Assembly (NCBI RefSeq): GCF_000143415.4
Contig: NW_003314329.1
Coordinates: 931,763-995,762 of the forward strand
Source: Selaginella moellendorffii
Lineage: Eukaryota; Plantae; Lycopodiophyta
DNA length: 64,000 nt
Reading direction: 5' to 3'
Below are positions 50,460 through 61,200 of the stretch, in pieces (position 1 is the first letter of the stretch; each line of letters starts with the position of its first letter). Position numbers and translations under genes: made by a program. A model generated the notes under the pieces. It ran no database searches, was not told the origin of the DNA, and saw nothing but the letters and a program-made list of their open reading frames with translations.

Positions 50460-51731
50460 ATGCCCCTCCCCAATTCTGCCGTGGACGCGCTTGGCTTCGC
50501 GACGCTGCTCCTGGTGCTGGTGCTCCTCATCCTCGGCGTCCTCTGCGCGGCCTATGTTCTCCACTTCCGCTCCAAGATCCACCACGACAATCTCTTGGCG
50601 CTCAGGCATTTTAATTCCCTCTGGATCGTTCGCCTCATTCTCATCCTCTTCGCGGTTCTCTGGGGATTGGGCGAGCTCCTCCGGCTGCCACTGCTGCGAA
50701 AGAAGGGCTGGTTCCTCCACAGGCTTGGATTCCGGTGGCAAGTCACCAGCTGCAAGATCTACATTCTCTCGTCGCTGGGGATTCTCGAACCGTGCTTCTT
50801 CCTCACCGCGCTGTTCCTCGTCCAGGGATCCATCCGCAGCGCTCCCTTCACGCCGAGAAAGAGATGGAACGGCAGAGTGATCGTCTCGGTGCTGGGATTT
50901 TGCGCTCCGGTGTTCCTCGCGCAAGTGTTCTTGGTGGTGGTGAGCCCGATTGTTTGGGGGCGGCGGGAGGAGGAGGGCAGTGCGAGCTACAGGGCTGGCG
51001 GAGGATTCGTCGATCGATTCAAGCTCCCGCACTACTTCACGCGGGTGTTCCAGGCGATGGAGGTGGAGGAGAGGGAAAAGGTGGTGGTGGCGGCGGCGGT
51101 GTGCACGTATCCTCTCCTGAGCACCGTTGTTCTTGGGATGTTTGGCTGCGTCTACGTGATCTACTTCCTCTACCTGGGCTGGAAGATGGCGGCGCTGGTG
51201 ATCAACCGGAGGCTCCAGCTGCGGGTGTACGCGCTGGTGATCGCGGTGGCGCTGCTGTTGCCGATCCACGTCGTGTTCTTGGGGCTCTCGGTGCTCTCCC
51301 GGCCCAGCGAGCCGCTGTTCGAGGCGGTGGGATTCCTGGGCTTCTTGACGGTGCTGCTGTGCACGACGGTGGGCGAAGGAATTCTCGTGGTTCGTCCCAT
51401 TGCCGACGCGCTGGCGATTCGGTGGCGATATGAGGAGGCCGCCTCCGCCAAAGCTTCGTCGCTCTGGGAGCCGCCGCCGCCAGTGAGATCATCATCCTCG
51501 GAAGAACTTCCGCCTCAACGCCAGTTTGTAGTTCCTCTCACGGCGGCGGTCTTGGGTGACGAGTCTGCTACTGCTGGGGATTCGAGAGTCGAGAATATAG
51601 AGATTTCGAGACTGCACAAAGCTTTCCAGGCAGCGATGGTGAAATCGTCATCGTCGTCTTCATCGTCACCACCGAGTCCCACTCTTCCCGGAAGAACACT
51701 CGTCTCATACACGAATAGAATACTGGTATAG
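50460..51731 (+). CDS. Plant-specific ~7-TM membrane protein (resembles the candidate-GPCR Cand1/At1g57680 family, from memory)
   Basis: Intronless 423-aa ORF with about 7 hydrophobic segments and motifs WIVRLILI, EPCFFLT, CTYPLLST, VINRRLQLRVY, GILVVRPIADALA. Confidence 0.75.
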   Translation: MPLPNSAVDALGFATLLLVLVLLILGVLCAAYVLHFRSKIHHDNLLALRHFNSLWIVRLILILFAVLWGLGELLRLPLLRKKGWFLHRLGFRWQVTSCKIYILSSLGILEPCFFLTALFLVQGSIRSAPFTPRKRWNGRVIVSVLGFCAPVFLAQVFLVVVSPIVWGRREEEGSASYRAGGGFVDRFKLPHYFTRVFQAMEVEEREKVVVAAAVCTYPLLSTVVLGMFGCVYVIYFLYLGWKMAALVINRRLQLRVYALVIAVALLLPIHVVFLGLSVLSRPSEPLFEAVGFLGFLTVLLCTTVGEGILVVRPIADALAIRWRYEEAASAKASSLWEPPPPVRSSSSEELPPQRQFVVPLTAAVLGDESATAGDSRVENIEISRLHKAFQAAMVKSSSSSSSSPPSPTLPGRTLVSYTNRILV

Positions 51732-51998
51732 TTTCTTTACCTCATCTTTGATAAAAGAAATACGTATTTTTCCTCTTACTGCGATGACGATCACCTCTAA
51801 GCTGTGGTTTTTGGTCCCAATCTTCCCGGAAGAACACTCGTCTAGAATATTGGTATAGTAAAAGAAAAGGTATTTTTCCTCTTACTGCGATGACGAATCT
51901 CTCAAAGTAAGATGTGATTTTTGGTCCCAATCTTCTCGGAAGAACACTGGTCTCATACAAGAATAGAATATTGATAATAGTTTTTTACCTCATCTTTC
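51678..51998 (+). repeat. Three-copy tandem repeat of the gene's last codons and 3' UTR
   Basis: 'tccca.tctt...ggaagaacact.gtct...agaata.tg.tatag' at ~51678, ~51816 and ~51925. Confidence 0.85.
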
Positions 51999-52487
51999 AC
52001 CGATCACGATCACAAGAACATCTCTCGGAGCTATACCAAAGATGTAATTTTTACCAATCGCACACGCAAAGCCATGGAATTTATACACGAGCCTCCAATG
52101 GAGAAGCCGTCCATCCATGGACAAACATTATCCAGCCGCGATGGAGCAAAAAAAAAACTATTATGGGCGAAATGATTATGTCGCACTGTTGACCATTTTG
52201 GGATTATTTGGATCTAGGGTTGTGATGGATTAGGGCTTATGCGCGTGAGCGAGCGAGTGCTGGATGAGGAAGAGGAGGCGCTGGAGCAGCGGCGGCAGCG
52301 CAGCATCAGACAGGATGGAGCTGCCAGAGTGTGAGCTGAGGAGGAATGTGTGAAAATGGTAGACGGCGATGAATCGAGCGAGGAGAGCGAGGGAGGGGCA
52401 GCGGCAGCCGCGGCGTAGCGATTGCTCGCCGCAATCTCAGAGGAGCGGCCACATTCTCGGCGCTGGAGCATCGATTCCGGCGATAAT

Positions 52488-55400
52488 ATGAAGAACTTCC
52501 TGCGTAAGTTCCACTTAGTAGGGAGTAGTAGCGTAGAGAGTGGGAGATCTTCGCAGCAGCAGGAATCAGCGCCATCGCCGTCGGGTTCCACTTTGTCGAG
52601 CATTTCCGACTGGATTTCGTCTCTCACCTCCAGACCATCCACCGCCTCGAGTGATACTTCGTCTCACCACGGGGGAGGAGGAAGTGGTGCTAGAGCGCGG
52701 GTGGAAGGCACCACAGCTCCTGCCAGAGTGAGCACCACCAACGATTCCTCGTCAGTAACGCCATCGTCACAAGCTGGGAAAACGTTTTCATCGTATGGAT
52801 CTCTCGAGGAGGAGTATCAGGTCCAGCTCGCCATAGCTCTCAGCGTCAACCAGCCAGTTGATCCAGAGGTCGCGGAGATCGAAGCTGTGAAAAGAATCAG
52901 CCTTGGTTTGTGTCCCGAGCGTTCTACGACTTCACAGGCGGACATGGCTACATACCGGTATTGGGTAAAAAACATTTTTTTCCTTCTTTTGTTGCTTTTG
53001 TTTAGGAGAATAACGTTTTGTTTTTCTGATCGCAGGCATACAATGCTCTGTCCTACGATGACAGTGTGGTGGACGGGTTCTATGACGTATACGGTGTGGC
53101 GTGTGATCCAGTTTATCCCACGAAGATGCCATCTCTTGTGGATTTGCAAATGAAGCCTCTGTCCGATGCTGCAAGCTGGGAAGTTGTTCTCGTCAACAGA
53201 TTAACAGACAGCGAGCTCGCGAACCTGGAAAAGAGTGCTGCTCGCACTCGAGCTCAGTGCACGGGGGGTCCGAGTGCTTTGGCGCAAAAGATTGCTGTTT
53301 TGGTGGCTGAGCAAATGGGAGGGGCTGTCGAGAACGACGTCGACATGATCTCTGTTTGGAGGACTACAAGCTGGGAGTTGAGGACTTCTCTCAAGAGCAA
53401 CATATTACCTCTAGGCTATCTTCAGATTGGCTTGGCTAGACATCGAGCTCTACTATTCAAGGTAATTCAGAAAGCGGACTTTCTTTTCGTTTTCGCTCAC
53501 CTTTTCCTTCATTTTAAGTTTCCAGGTTTTGGCTGACTCTGTTGGTATTCCCTGTCGACTCGTGAAAGGAAAGCACTATACTGGAGTGGACGAGGGAGCT
53601 GTGAATATTATTAAGGACGCTGATAGCAGGTGCGGTTTTACCTTTCGTGCTTCTTCTTGCACTAATCTTGATGGTTGTAGGGAGTATATTATCGATCTCA
53701 TGGGTGCTCCTGGGGCGCTTATACCTTCAGACGGTCCTGCGAGCGAGAAGAACGTTCCGCTGAACCACGACACACACCTTGGGCAAAGGCACCACAGTGA
53801 GCCCGCTGATTTCGAGAATGCTCTTGCGGGCGCTGGCGCTGGCGCTGAGCGTCGTCCTGGGCCTTCTCACGGAAGATCACCCTCCTGGACAGAAGGCATT
53901 GGAGCACCCGGGGCTCGTCAAACGAAAGCCAAAGACATGTCACAATACATGATCGAGGCGGCCAAGGAGAATCCCGGACTTGCACAAAAGCTACAAGACG
54001 TTTTACTGGAGAGCGGGATAGTTGCACCTCCAGAGTTCCTAGCGGAGTTATCCCCTACGGAACCACAGCAGAGGTCTACTGATGCGCGGCCGGATCTGAG
54101 GAGGCCCAGTCGAGTCGCGAGAGTTAAAGAGCGAGGAAAACCTCCTCTTTTAACTAAATCGCCTGCTGCAAGACCAGATGATGCGGCTGCAAAGGATAGA
54201 TTACAACGCTTGAAGTCTGTGGAGGGTCTAGGAGACAGGCGACCGCTCGAGTGCCCGATGCCTTATTATCAGGCCCAAGCAGCAGCACCAACGGTGTTGA
54301 CGCCGGTTCACGAGAATAGCTTTCCGGCAAACTTGATAAAGAACTCACCAGTTGCTGCTTCAGCTATAACAGCAGCTGTTGTAGCCTCGTCGATGGTGGT
54401 GGCCGCAGCCAAGACGGACATCGGTGATGGTTCGTTGGAAGTTCCGATCACTGCTGCAGCTACAGCAACCGCTGCTGTAGTCGCTGCTACGTCGGCTGCA
54501 GTGGTGCTCAAGTCAGAAAGTGGATCAGGGAATTCTGATAAAGGTGGAAGTGGGGACAGCAAAACCAGGACAGAGGAATCAGGAAGTCACAGTGGTTCAA
54601 AGAAGAAAAACAATTCCAGAGAATCTGAAGGTGATGCGGGCGACTTGGAAAATGGTCGAACAGGAATCAGCAAATCCGACTCGATCCTTGATGTTGCGGA
54701 GTGGGAGATTCCGTGGGGAGAGTTGCGTGTTGGCGATCGTATAGGTCTTGGTAAGGAGTTTAAACTTCTTTTACGCGAACTCATGTTGGTGTGCAGGGTC
54801 CTATGGAGAAGTGTACCGCGGAGAGTGGCATGGAACTGTAAGTAACTGTGACAAGTGTATCCTGAATTCACGACTCATATTAAATTCATGCAGGAAGTTG
54901 CCATCAAGAAGTTTTTGAACCAGGATATCTCCGGCGATGCCTTGGAAGAATTTATTACTGAGGTGGAATCTAAACCATCATGGGAATTTTTTTTTACAAG
55001 GTTTTTTTTTTCTTGCGAAAGGTTCGATTGATGAGAAGAATGCGGCATCCAAATGTGGTTCTCTTCATGGGTGCCGTAACCAGGCCGCCAAATCTGTCGA
55101 TTGTAACAGAGTTTCTTCCAAGGTACTTTGATGCGGTTTTGGATCATTGTCGATATTTGGAGCGTGCAGAGGGAGCTTGTTTAAGCTGATTCACCGGCCT
55201 TCAAACCAGGTTGACGAGAGAAGAAGGCTGAGAATGGCTCTCGACGTGGTAAGAAAATTTCTTTTTTTCTTGATATGGCATTTAGTAACGATCGTGATAC
55301 CATTGAAAGGCCAAGGGTATGAACTATTTGCACTCTAGTACCCCGATGATAGTTCACAGGGACTTGAAATCTCCGAACTTGTTAGTCGATAAAAACTGGG

Positions 55401-56068
55401 TTGTGAAGGTACAGTAAAAGTTATCGGTTTTGTTTAGTAACACGAAAATTTGCAGGTTTGCGACTTTGGATTGTCTCGAATGAAACATCACACTTTCTTG
55501 TCTTCGAAGTCACAGGCAGGCACGGTGGGTACACAAGACTCCCTTACTTTTCTCCTGGGTAGTTTTTTGGATTTGAGAGGACTTGTTTTTAACAGCCTGA
55601 ATGGATGGCACCAGAAGTATTAAGAAATGAACCGTCTAACGAAAAGTAAGAATCGTCTTTGCTTTGCTAAATTGACACGAGCTCCTTTCGTTTGCAGATC
55701 GGATGTCTACAGCTTTGGAGTTATCCTTTGGGAACTGGCTACTCTGCAACAGCCGTGGCATGGAATGAACTCAATGCAAGTCGTCGGGGCTGTCGGTTTT
55801 CAAAACAGGAGGCTCGACATCCCAGCGGACATGGATCCCGCCATCGCAAAAATCATCCAGGAGTGCTGGGAAAAGTATGTGTTTCCTTCTTAGATTTTGT
55901 AGCGCCTGACAAAACAAATCCTCCGTTTCTTTTGGTGGCAGCGATCCTGCTCTTCGTCCAAGTTTTCATGAAATAATGGATTCCCTGCGGCCTTTCCAAA
56001 GACCTGTTATCCCCTCGCAAGGGGAGGCAGGAGGAGGTAAGCAAAAGCAACCACGCAAGGCTTCGTAG
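52488..56068 (+). CDS. B3 Raf-like MAPKKK (EDR1/SIS8/CTR1 family), multi-exon
   Basis: [10 protein letters not shown] start. EDR1 domain [13 protein letters not shown]...DGFYDVYG...[12 protein letters not shown]|[15 protein letters not shown]. Kinase [35 protein letters not shown]|PEWMAPE. Stop at 56066-56068. Confidence 0.93.
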
Positions 56069-56176
56069 GAACAAAAAATGGCTGGGGCTCCGTTTACTAA
56101 TGTATCTGTAAAGTACAGTAATTTATAGGTGGTCGAAGACGGATTCTAGGAAGGAAGAAAAACAGGATCAAGGATG

Positions 56177-58066
56177 TCAAATTTGACAGAAGTTCAGGGT
56201 GGAAAGACAGGAACTATCGTCTTCGGTTTTGGTTACATGGTCGGACAAACGAGACGAGGAATAAGACGAGGAAGACGAAGACGAAGAAGCAGCATTTCTA
56301 GCAGGGCCGAGATGGAGACCAGAAAGTAGAGTATAAGGCGCAGCATTTGTGGGATCGAGCTCGTAGACGTACTCCGCAGCCTTCCTGGCCCTGTGAGAAT
56401 CACCAGCAGCAGTGGAAGCACTGAGAAGCGACGTCCAGGCCACAGCATCCGGCTCAAAAGGCATGGTGGCGATGAGATCTTCGGCCTCTCTGAGCCTTCC
56501 AGATCTCGCCAGAGCATCGACGACGCACATATAGTGATCCAAGCTCGCAGCTATGGCGTAGTCCGCCGAGAGGGACGCAAAGTGGGAGTAGACGTCGCTG
56601 AGAAGGCCGGCGTGAGCACAGGCCAGAAGAACGCTCACAAAGGTGACGGAGTTTGGAGTGAAGCCGTGGAGCTGCATGGCGTGGAAGATCTCGAGAGCTT
56701 CGTGGCTATGGCCGTTTAGAGCAAAGGCCGCGAGCATGGAGCTCCAGGCTTTGACGTCGCGGTGCTTAAGATCGTCAAACACGAGCTTGGCCTCGCGGAG
56801 GTGGCCAAAGTTTCCATACATCGCTACCAGTGCCGTCTTGATCGCAAAGTGGGCGATCCATCCTCTCCCCTCGTCGGTGAGAATGGAGTGGACGATCCTT
56901 CCCTCGGCGACGCTGGAGCACGAATCGATGATGGCGGTGAAGGTGACGCTGTCGGGAGCGATTCCTTCGAGATCCATGGCGCGGAAGAGATCAAGAGCCT
57001 CGCGGCGGCGATGCCCGGACTGGGCATACGCGGTGATGATCGAGTTCCACGCGACGACGTTGTTATTCTTTCGCGGGATCTTGTCGAAGAGCTGGCGCGC
57101 CGCGTGGAGATCGCCGGCGCGGGCGTAGGTTGTGACCATCGTCGTCCACGAGACGCTGGATCGCAGCCTGGGAGGAGTGTTCTCGAAGAACTCGCGCGCC
57201 TGGGAGGGAGAGTGATTAATCGCATAGGCCGCGAGCATCGCTGCCCATAGCACGGCGTCGCCGCCAGCGCCATCGATCCCAGTGGCGCGATCGAAAGCCC
57301 GCCTCGCGTCCTCGATCTTGCCCAGTCTGCCATACATCTCCACCAGCGCGGTGGAGATCGTGATCTCTCCCTGGAATCCGGCCGTGAGGAGCTCGGCGTG
57401 GATCCACATCCCCAGCCCCATCGCTAGCGACTGACCGCAAGCGTCGAGGATCGCGACGAAGGTCACGCGATCCGGGCGAGCGCCCTCGAGGTCCATCGCG
57501 CGGAAGAGCCCCAGCGCTCGCGCAAAATCCCCTTCTCTGGCAAATGCGCAGATCATCGCGTTCCAAGAGACTGTGTTCCTCTCGGGCATTTGATCGAAGA
57601 GAAGCTTTGCTCGATCGATGCGATTGCTCTTGGCGTAGGCGACGAGCATCGCGGTCCACGACGCTACGTCCCTCCTGGGCATCCCCGAGAAGAATTTCTC
57701 CGCGCGATCGAGATGCCCGCTCTGGGAGAGGATCGAGAGCATGATGTTCCAGGAGAATTGGTTCCTGGGATCCATCCGGTGGAAGAATTCGCTGGCGTCC
57801 TCGATCGAGCACTTGCCATACATCTGGAGCACGAGATTGGAGAGGAACTCGTCGCCGCGCAGCCGGCCGTGCTTGATCATCTGGGCGTGGATCCGGCGGC
57901 CATGGGAGAGCGCCCGCGCGGATCCACACCGCCGGAGCAATGATCCATACGTGACGCTGTCCGAGGAAGACGATGAGGATTCTAGGGATCTCACTGCCCT
58001 CTCGAGCTGCTCTAGGACTAGCGCTGGATCGTCGCTCTTGCTCGCGTGGAGGAGGAACTGCGCCAT
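56177..58066 (-). CDS. PLS-class pentatricopeptide repeat protein with E domain, no DYW
   Basis: Intronless 629-aa ORF with repeated VSWNAMI/PDRVTF/ALVEMYG motifs. HYMCVVDALARSGRLREAEDLIATMPFEPDAVAWTSLL and E-motif AAPYTLLS, then a Ser-rich tail. Confidence 0.93.
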   Translation of the reverse strand: MAQFLLHASKSDDPALVLEQLERAVRSLESSSSSSDSVTYGSLLRRCGSARALSHGRRIHAQMIKHGRLRGDEFLSNLVLQMYGKCSIEDASEFFHRMDPRNQFSWNIMLSILSQSGHLDRAEKFFSGMPRRDVASWTAMLVAYAKSNRIDRAKLLFDQMPERNTVSWNAMICAFAREGDFARALGLFRAMDLEGARPDRVTFVAILDACGQSLAMGLGMWIHAELLTAGFQGEITISTALVEMYGRLGKIEDARRAFDRATGIDGAGGDAVLWAAMLAAYAINHSPSQAREFFENTPPRLRSSVSWTTMVTTYARAGDLHAARQLFDKIPRKNNNVVAWNSIITAYAQSGHRRREALDLFRAMDLEGIAPDSVTFTAIIDSCSSVAEGRIVHSILTDEGRGWIAHFAIKTALVAMYGNFGHLREAKLVFDDLKHRDVKAWSSMLAAFALNGHSHEALEIFHAMQLHGFTPNSVTFVSVLLACAHAGLLSDVYSHFASLSADYAIAASLDHYMCVVDALARSGRLREAEDLIATMPFEPDAVAWTSLLSASTAAGDSHRARKAAEYVYELDPTNAAPYTLLSGLHLGPARNAASSSSSSSSYSSSRLSDHVTKTEDDSSCLSTLNFCQI

Positions 58067-58221
58067 GCCGCGCGGCGTACTGCCAAGTAACGGTATCTTA
58101 CCGCGCGGTATGGCGGGCTAACTGACACTCAAAGCAATCCAATGTGGATGACCCGCGCATTTCTCTTTTTTGAAAAAAGTGCCCTATTAGAAATGGGGAA
58201 TTAGGGTTTCAATCTCCGGCG

Positions 58222-61200
58222 ATGGAGGCCGAGAGAGAGAGGCGCTTGAGCCGGCGGATCTCCGGCATTGTCATCGCCGCGGCCAAGGCGGTGTCCAAGC
58301 TCACCGAGGGGTAAGATCACAGCTCCAGCGGCGCTGCATTCTCTGTGCTTGTTGTGTGCTTATCAGGCAGAAAGATCCAGAGGAGGACCCGGATTTCGTC
58401 GCGAGGAATCCTCAGTGGGAGCCGGAATTGCCGCCGATCCATGGCGTGCGGCGGCCGACGGATGCGAAGGCGCAATCTACTGCTGCGCTGCTTGCGGCAC
58501 TTGACGAGCTCCCTCCCATTGCGATCGATTCGGCCGCCAAGCAAAACTGGAAGAAGGCTTACAAGACAGTGAAGAGGATTTTGGTAAGTCACTCCACCCA
58601 CCTGTGTAGTGTAAAGCTTTTCACTTTCGTTTCTTCACAGATTGTGAGAAGGAAGGCAATGCGTAGTGCTCTTGGAACTGGAGCTCAGATGGAAGGACAT
58701 GCGCTGGGGGTGTGGAGTCCCTATAGCACGGCGCGTTTGAAGCTCTTTATGATGCTCTACAACCAGTAATCATTCTAGCGCTGAAGTTTTTGCTTCAAAG
58801 TTCTCACTACTGTGCCAGGAAAGCGGAGTATGTCGTTCTTTGCTTGATCATATCACACCTCTTGGTGCTCATCTTCCAAGGATCATCCCAAGAACAATGG
58901 ACTCACGTCCGGAAGTTCGACCTCGACTTTGCCGATGCGACGCTTACTCTGTTCTACACGTAAGTATATTCCAAGATCTAAGAGGTATTTTAGCATTGAC
59001 ATTCTTTTTTGTCTCAGCATTGAGATGATTCTTCGGATCCTCTGTCTTGGCTTTATCAGAGGTCCTAACACATACCTGCGGGATCCATACAATAGGCTCG
59101 ATTTTGTCATCGTGATTGATTCCTGGTAAGTCGGTCTTTCGTGTTTTCTATACTGAAGGTCTTAAAGTTTAGGGTCCATATTGGTGTAAGAAGTGTGACT
59201 GGAAGCGAGTTCTTTGCACGCATTGCGATTCTTCGTGCATTTCGAGCCCTGTTAGTTTTGAAGCATTTCACGTTCTTCGCTGATGTCATAGTATGTTCTC
59301 TGAGGTTATGTTCCCATAACAACGTATGACGAAAGTGTGAATCACTTGCTAGGCTATCATGTCTGCAGTTGGAAGGAGCATTGTTCCTCTTGAGAACGTC
59401 ATTTACTTGACACTGTTCATTATCGTCTTCTATGCGCTCCTTGGTATTGAGTTTCTCGAGGAAACTTTAGATCAACGGTATGTATAAACGAGCCTTTTTC
59501 TGTAGACTAAAGCGTTTTGCTACTCATCCAGGTGCATTCGAACGACAGATAACCAGTTGGCCTATCCAGAGCGGTTTTGTGATGCGAAGAAAGTGACGGA
59601 TGGGTACAAGTGCCCGAGCTCACAAAGTCAGAAATGTCTGGTAAGGAGTTGATCTTTATCATCGAAACAGTAGGTAGTTTTCCTTAAATGTTTACTCTTG
59701 CAGTGCAGGTGTCCGGTAATCCCAACTGGGGATCTACAAACTTTGATCAGTTCCACTATGCCCTGCTCACTATGTTTCAGGTTCTCATTTGACAATTTTG
59801 TGTCTTTTAAAATTGTTCTGACGGTCGCTGCTTGTTTCAAGGTCATATCCTTGGAAGGTTGGAGTCTCTTAATGTACAGCATCAAGGATGCCGAAGCTGC
59901 GCAAGCAGGTGCTGCTTCTAATGTTTCTTCTTCTTGTTGACTCCTCAAGTCTCTTGGATGCAGATGCATATTTTATGACTTTAGTCGTTTTTGGCACATA
60001 CTTGCTTATTAATGTTTTCATTGCTGGTATAAGTGGAGTGTTCCTTCGAGTGAGGGCTGAACATCAGGCAAGAACTTTATCTCTCTGAATTCTATATGTT
60101 TTGTGTTTTCTTTTTCCAGATGCTGCTAAAGAAAAGCCGCCAACCGAACCAAGTTACTTTCTACAACGCAACGGTAATGGCAAATGTTCTCAAAGACGAC
60201 ATTATTAAGGACGATGAGAGGAACAAGAGATGGCACATCCGTTTCATAAACAGATCAAAGAAAATGCACCGGGACGTCATTCGTGCTGTAAGTCGTACTC
60301 GGTCGTCCGTGAAGGCGGCCTTTCAGGCCACCTCGTTCAGGTTCAGTAGACAGTTCTCCATGGCTGGGGGTAGCCGGCGGTTTTCACGAACTTACTCACG
60401 GGCGCTGAGTCGTAGTGTGACCATGGGTATGAGAGCAGCAATGGACTTGTCGCATAAGTCCCGTGCAATTGTTGAAAATCCAAACTTCAACCGGGGGGTG
60501 CTATTGGCGGTCACTATAAACATCATCATTTTGTGCCTGTACAAATATGGGATGTCGAACGATTTACTCTATACTCTTTGTACGTCTGATGGTTTTTCTT
60601 TCTGGAATTTCTTTCTGACGTCCTTAACATGGTGACAGATGCTATTCAAGCGGTGCTGCTTGTTATATTTGCCGCAGAGATGGTTTTGCGATTTCTTGCG
60701 TATGGACCTAGGCCATTTATTGCAGACAGTGAGTACTTACTGTTTATCTTGTCCTTCACTGAACATGCCTGTCTTTATCAGAAATGAACGTGTTCGATGT
60801 TTTCGTGATCTCCGTGTCTGCTGGGGCTTTGGTTTCAAGAGCTTATCCCAATATCTCTTCAGTTCGGGTTTTGCGATGGTTTTACTTGTCGAAAAAGTAT
60901 GTGGATAAACATCCAAGTACAGTGGTAAGGCTCGTGTACACAGTTTTTTTTTTTTTTTTTCCTGCTCTTACTTTTCTTTTAACTGACTTTAACTTCTCCC
61001 AGGCCACATGTATAAAAAGTGTGGGCTCTCTTGTTAGTGTTTTTTTCTTCTACCTCCTTGTTATTACAATTTGCTCCATTATCAGCATGGAACTGTACAG
61101 TGGTCAATACTATAACTTTCCGGACGGTTATCCCAGGGGAAATCATGACTCCATGCTGCAGACTATGCTTTTATGGTTTACCGTCACAACAGGTGAATCC

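Noticed and set aside
50418-51433. Long antisense or alternate-frame ORFs over GC-rich genes (also over SUN and PPR)
   Set aside because: Shadow ORFs caused by high GC3 codon bias in the real CDS.
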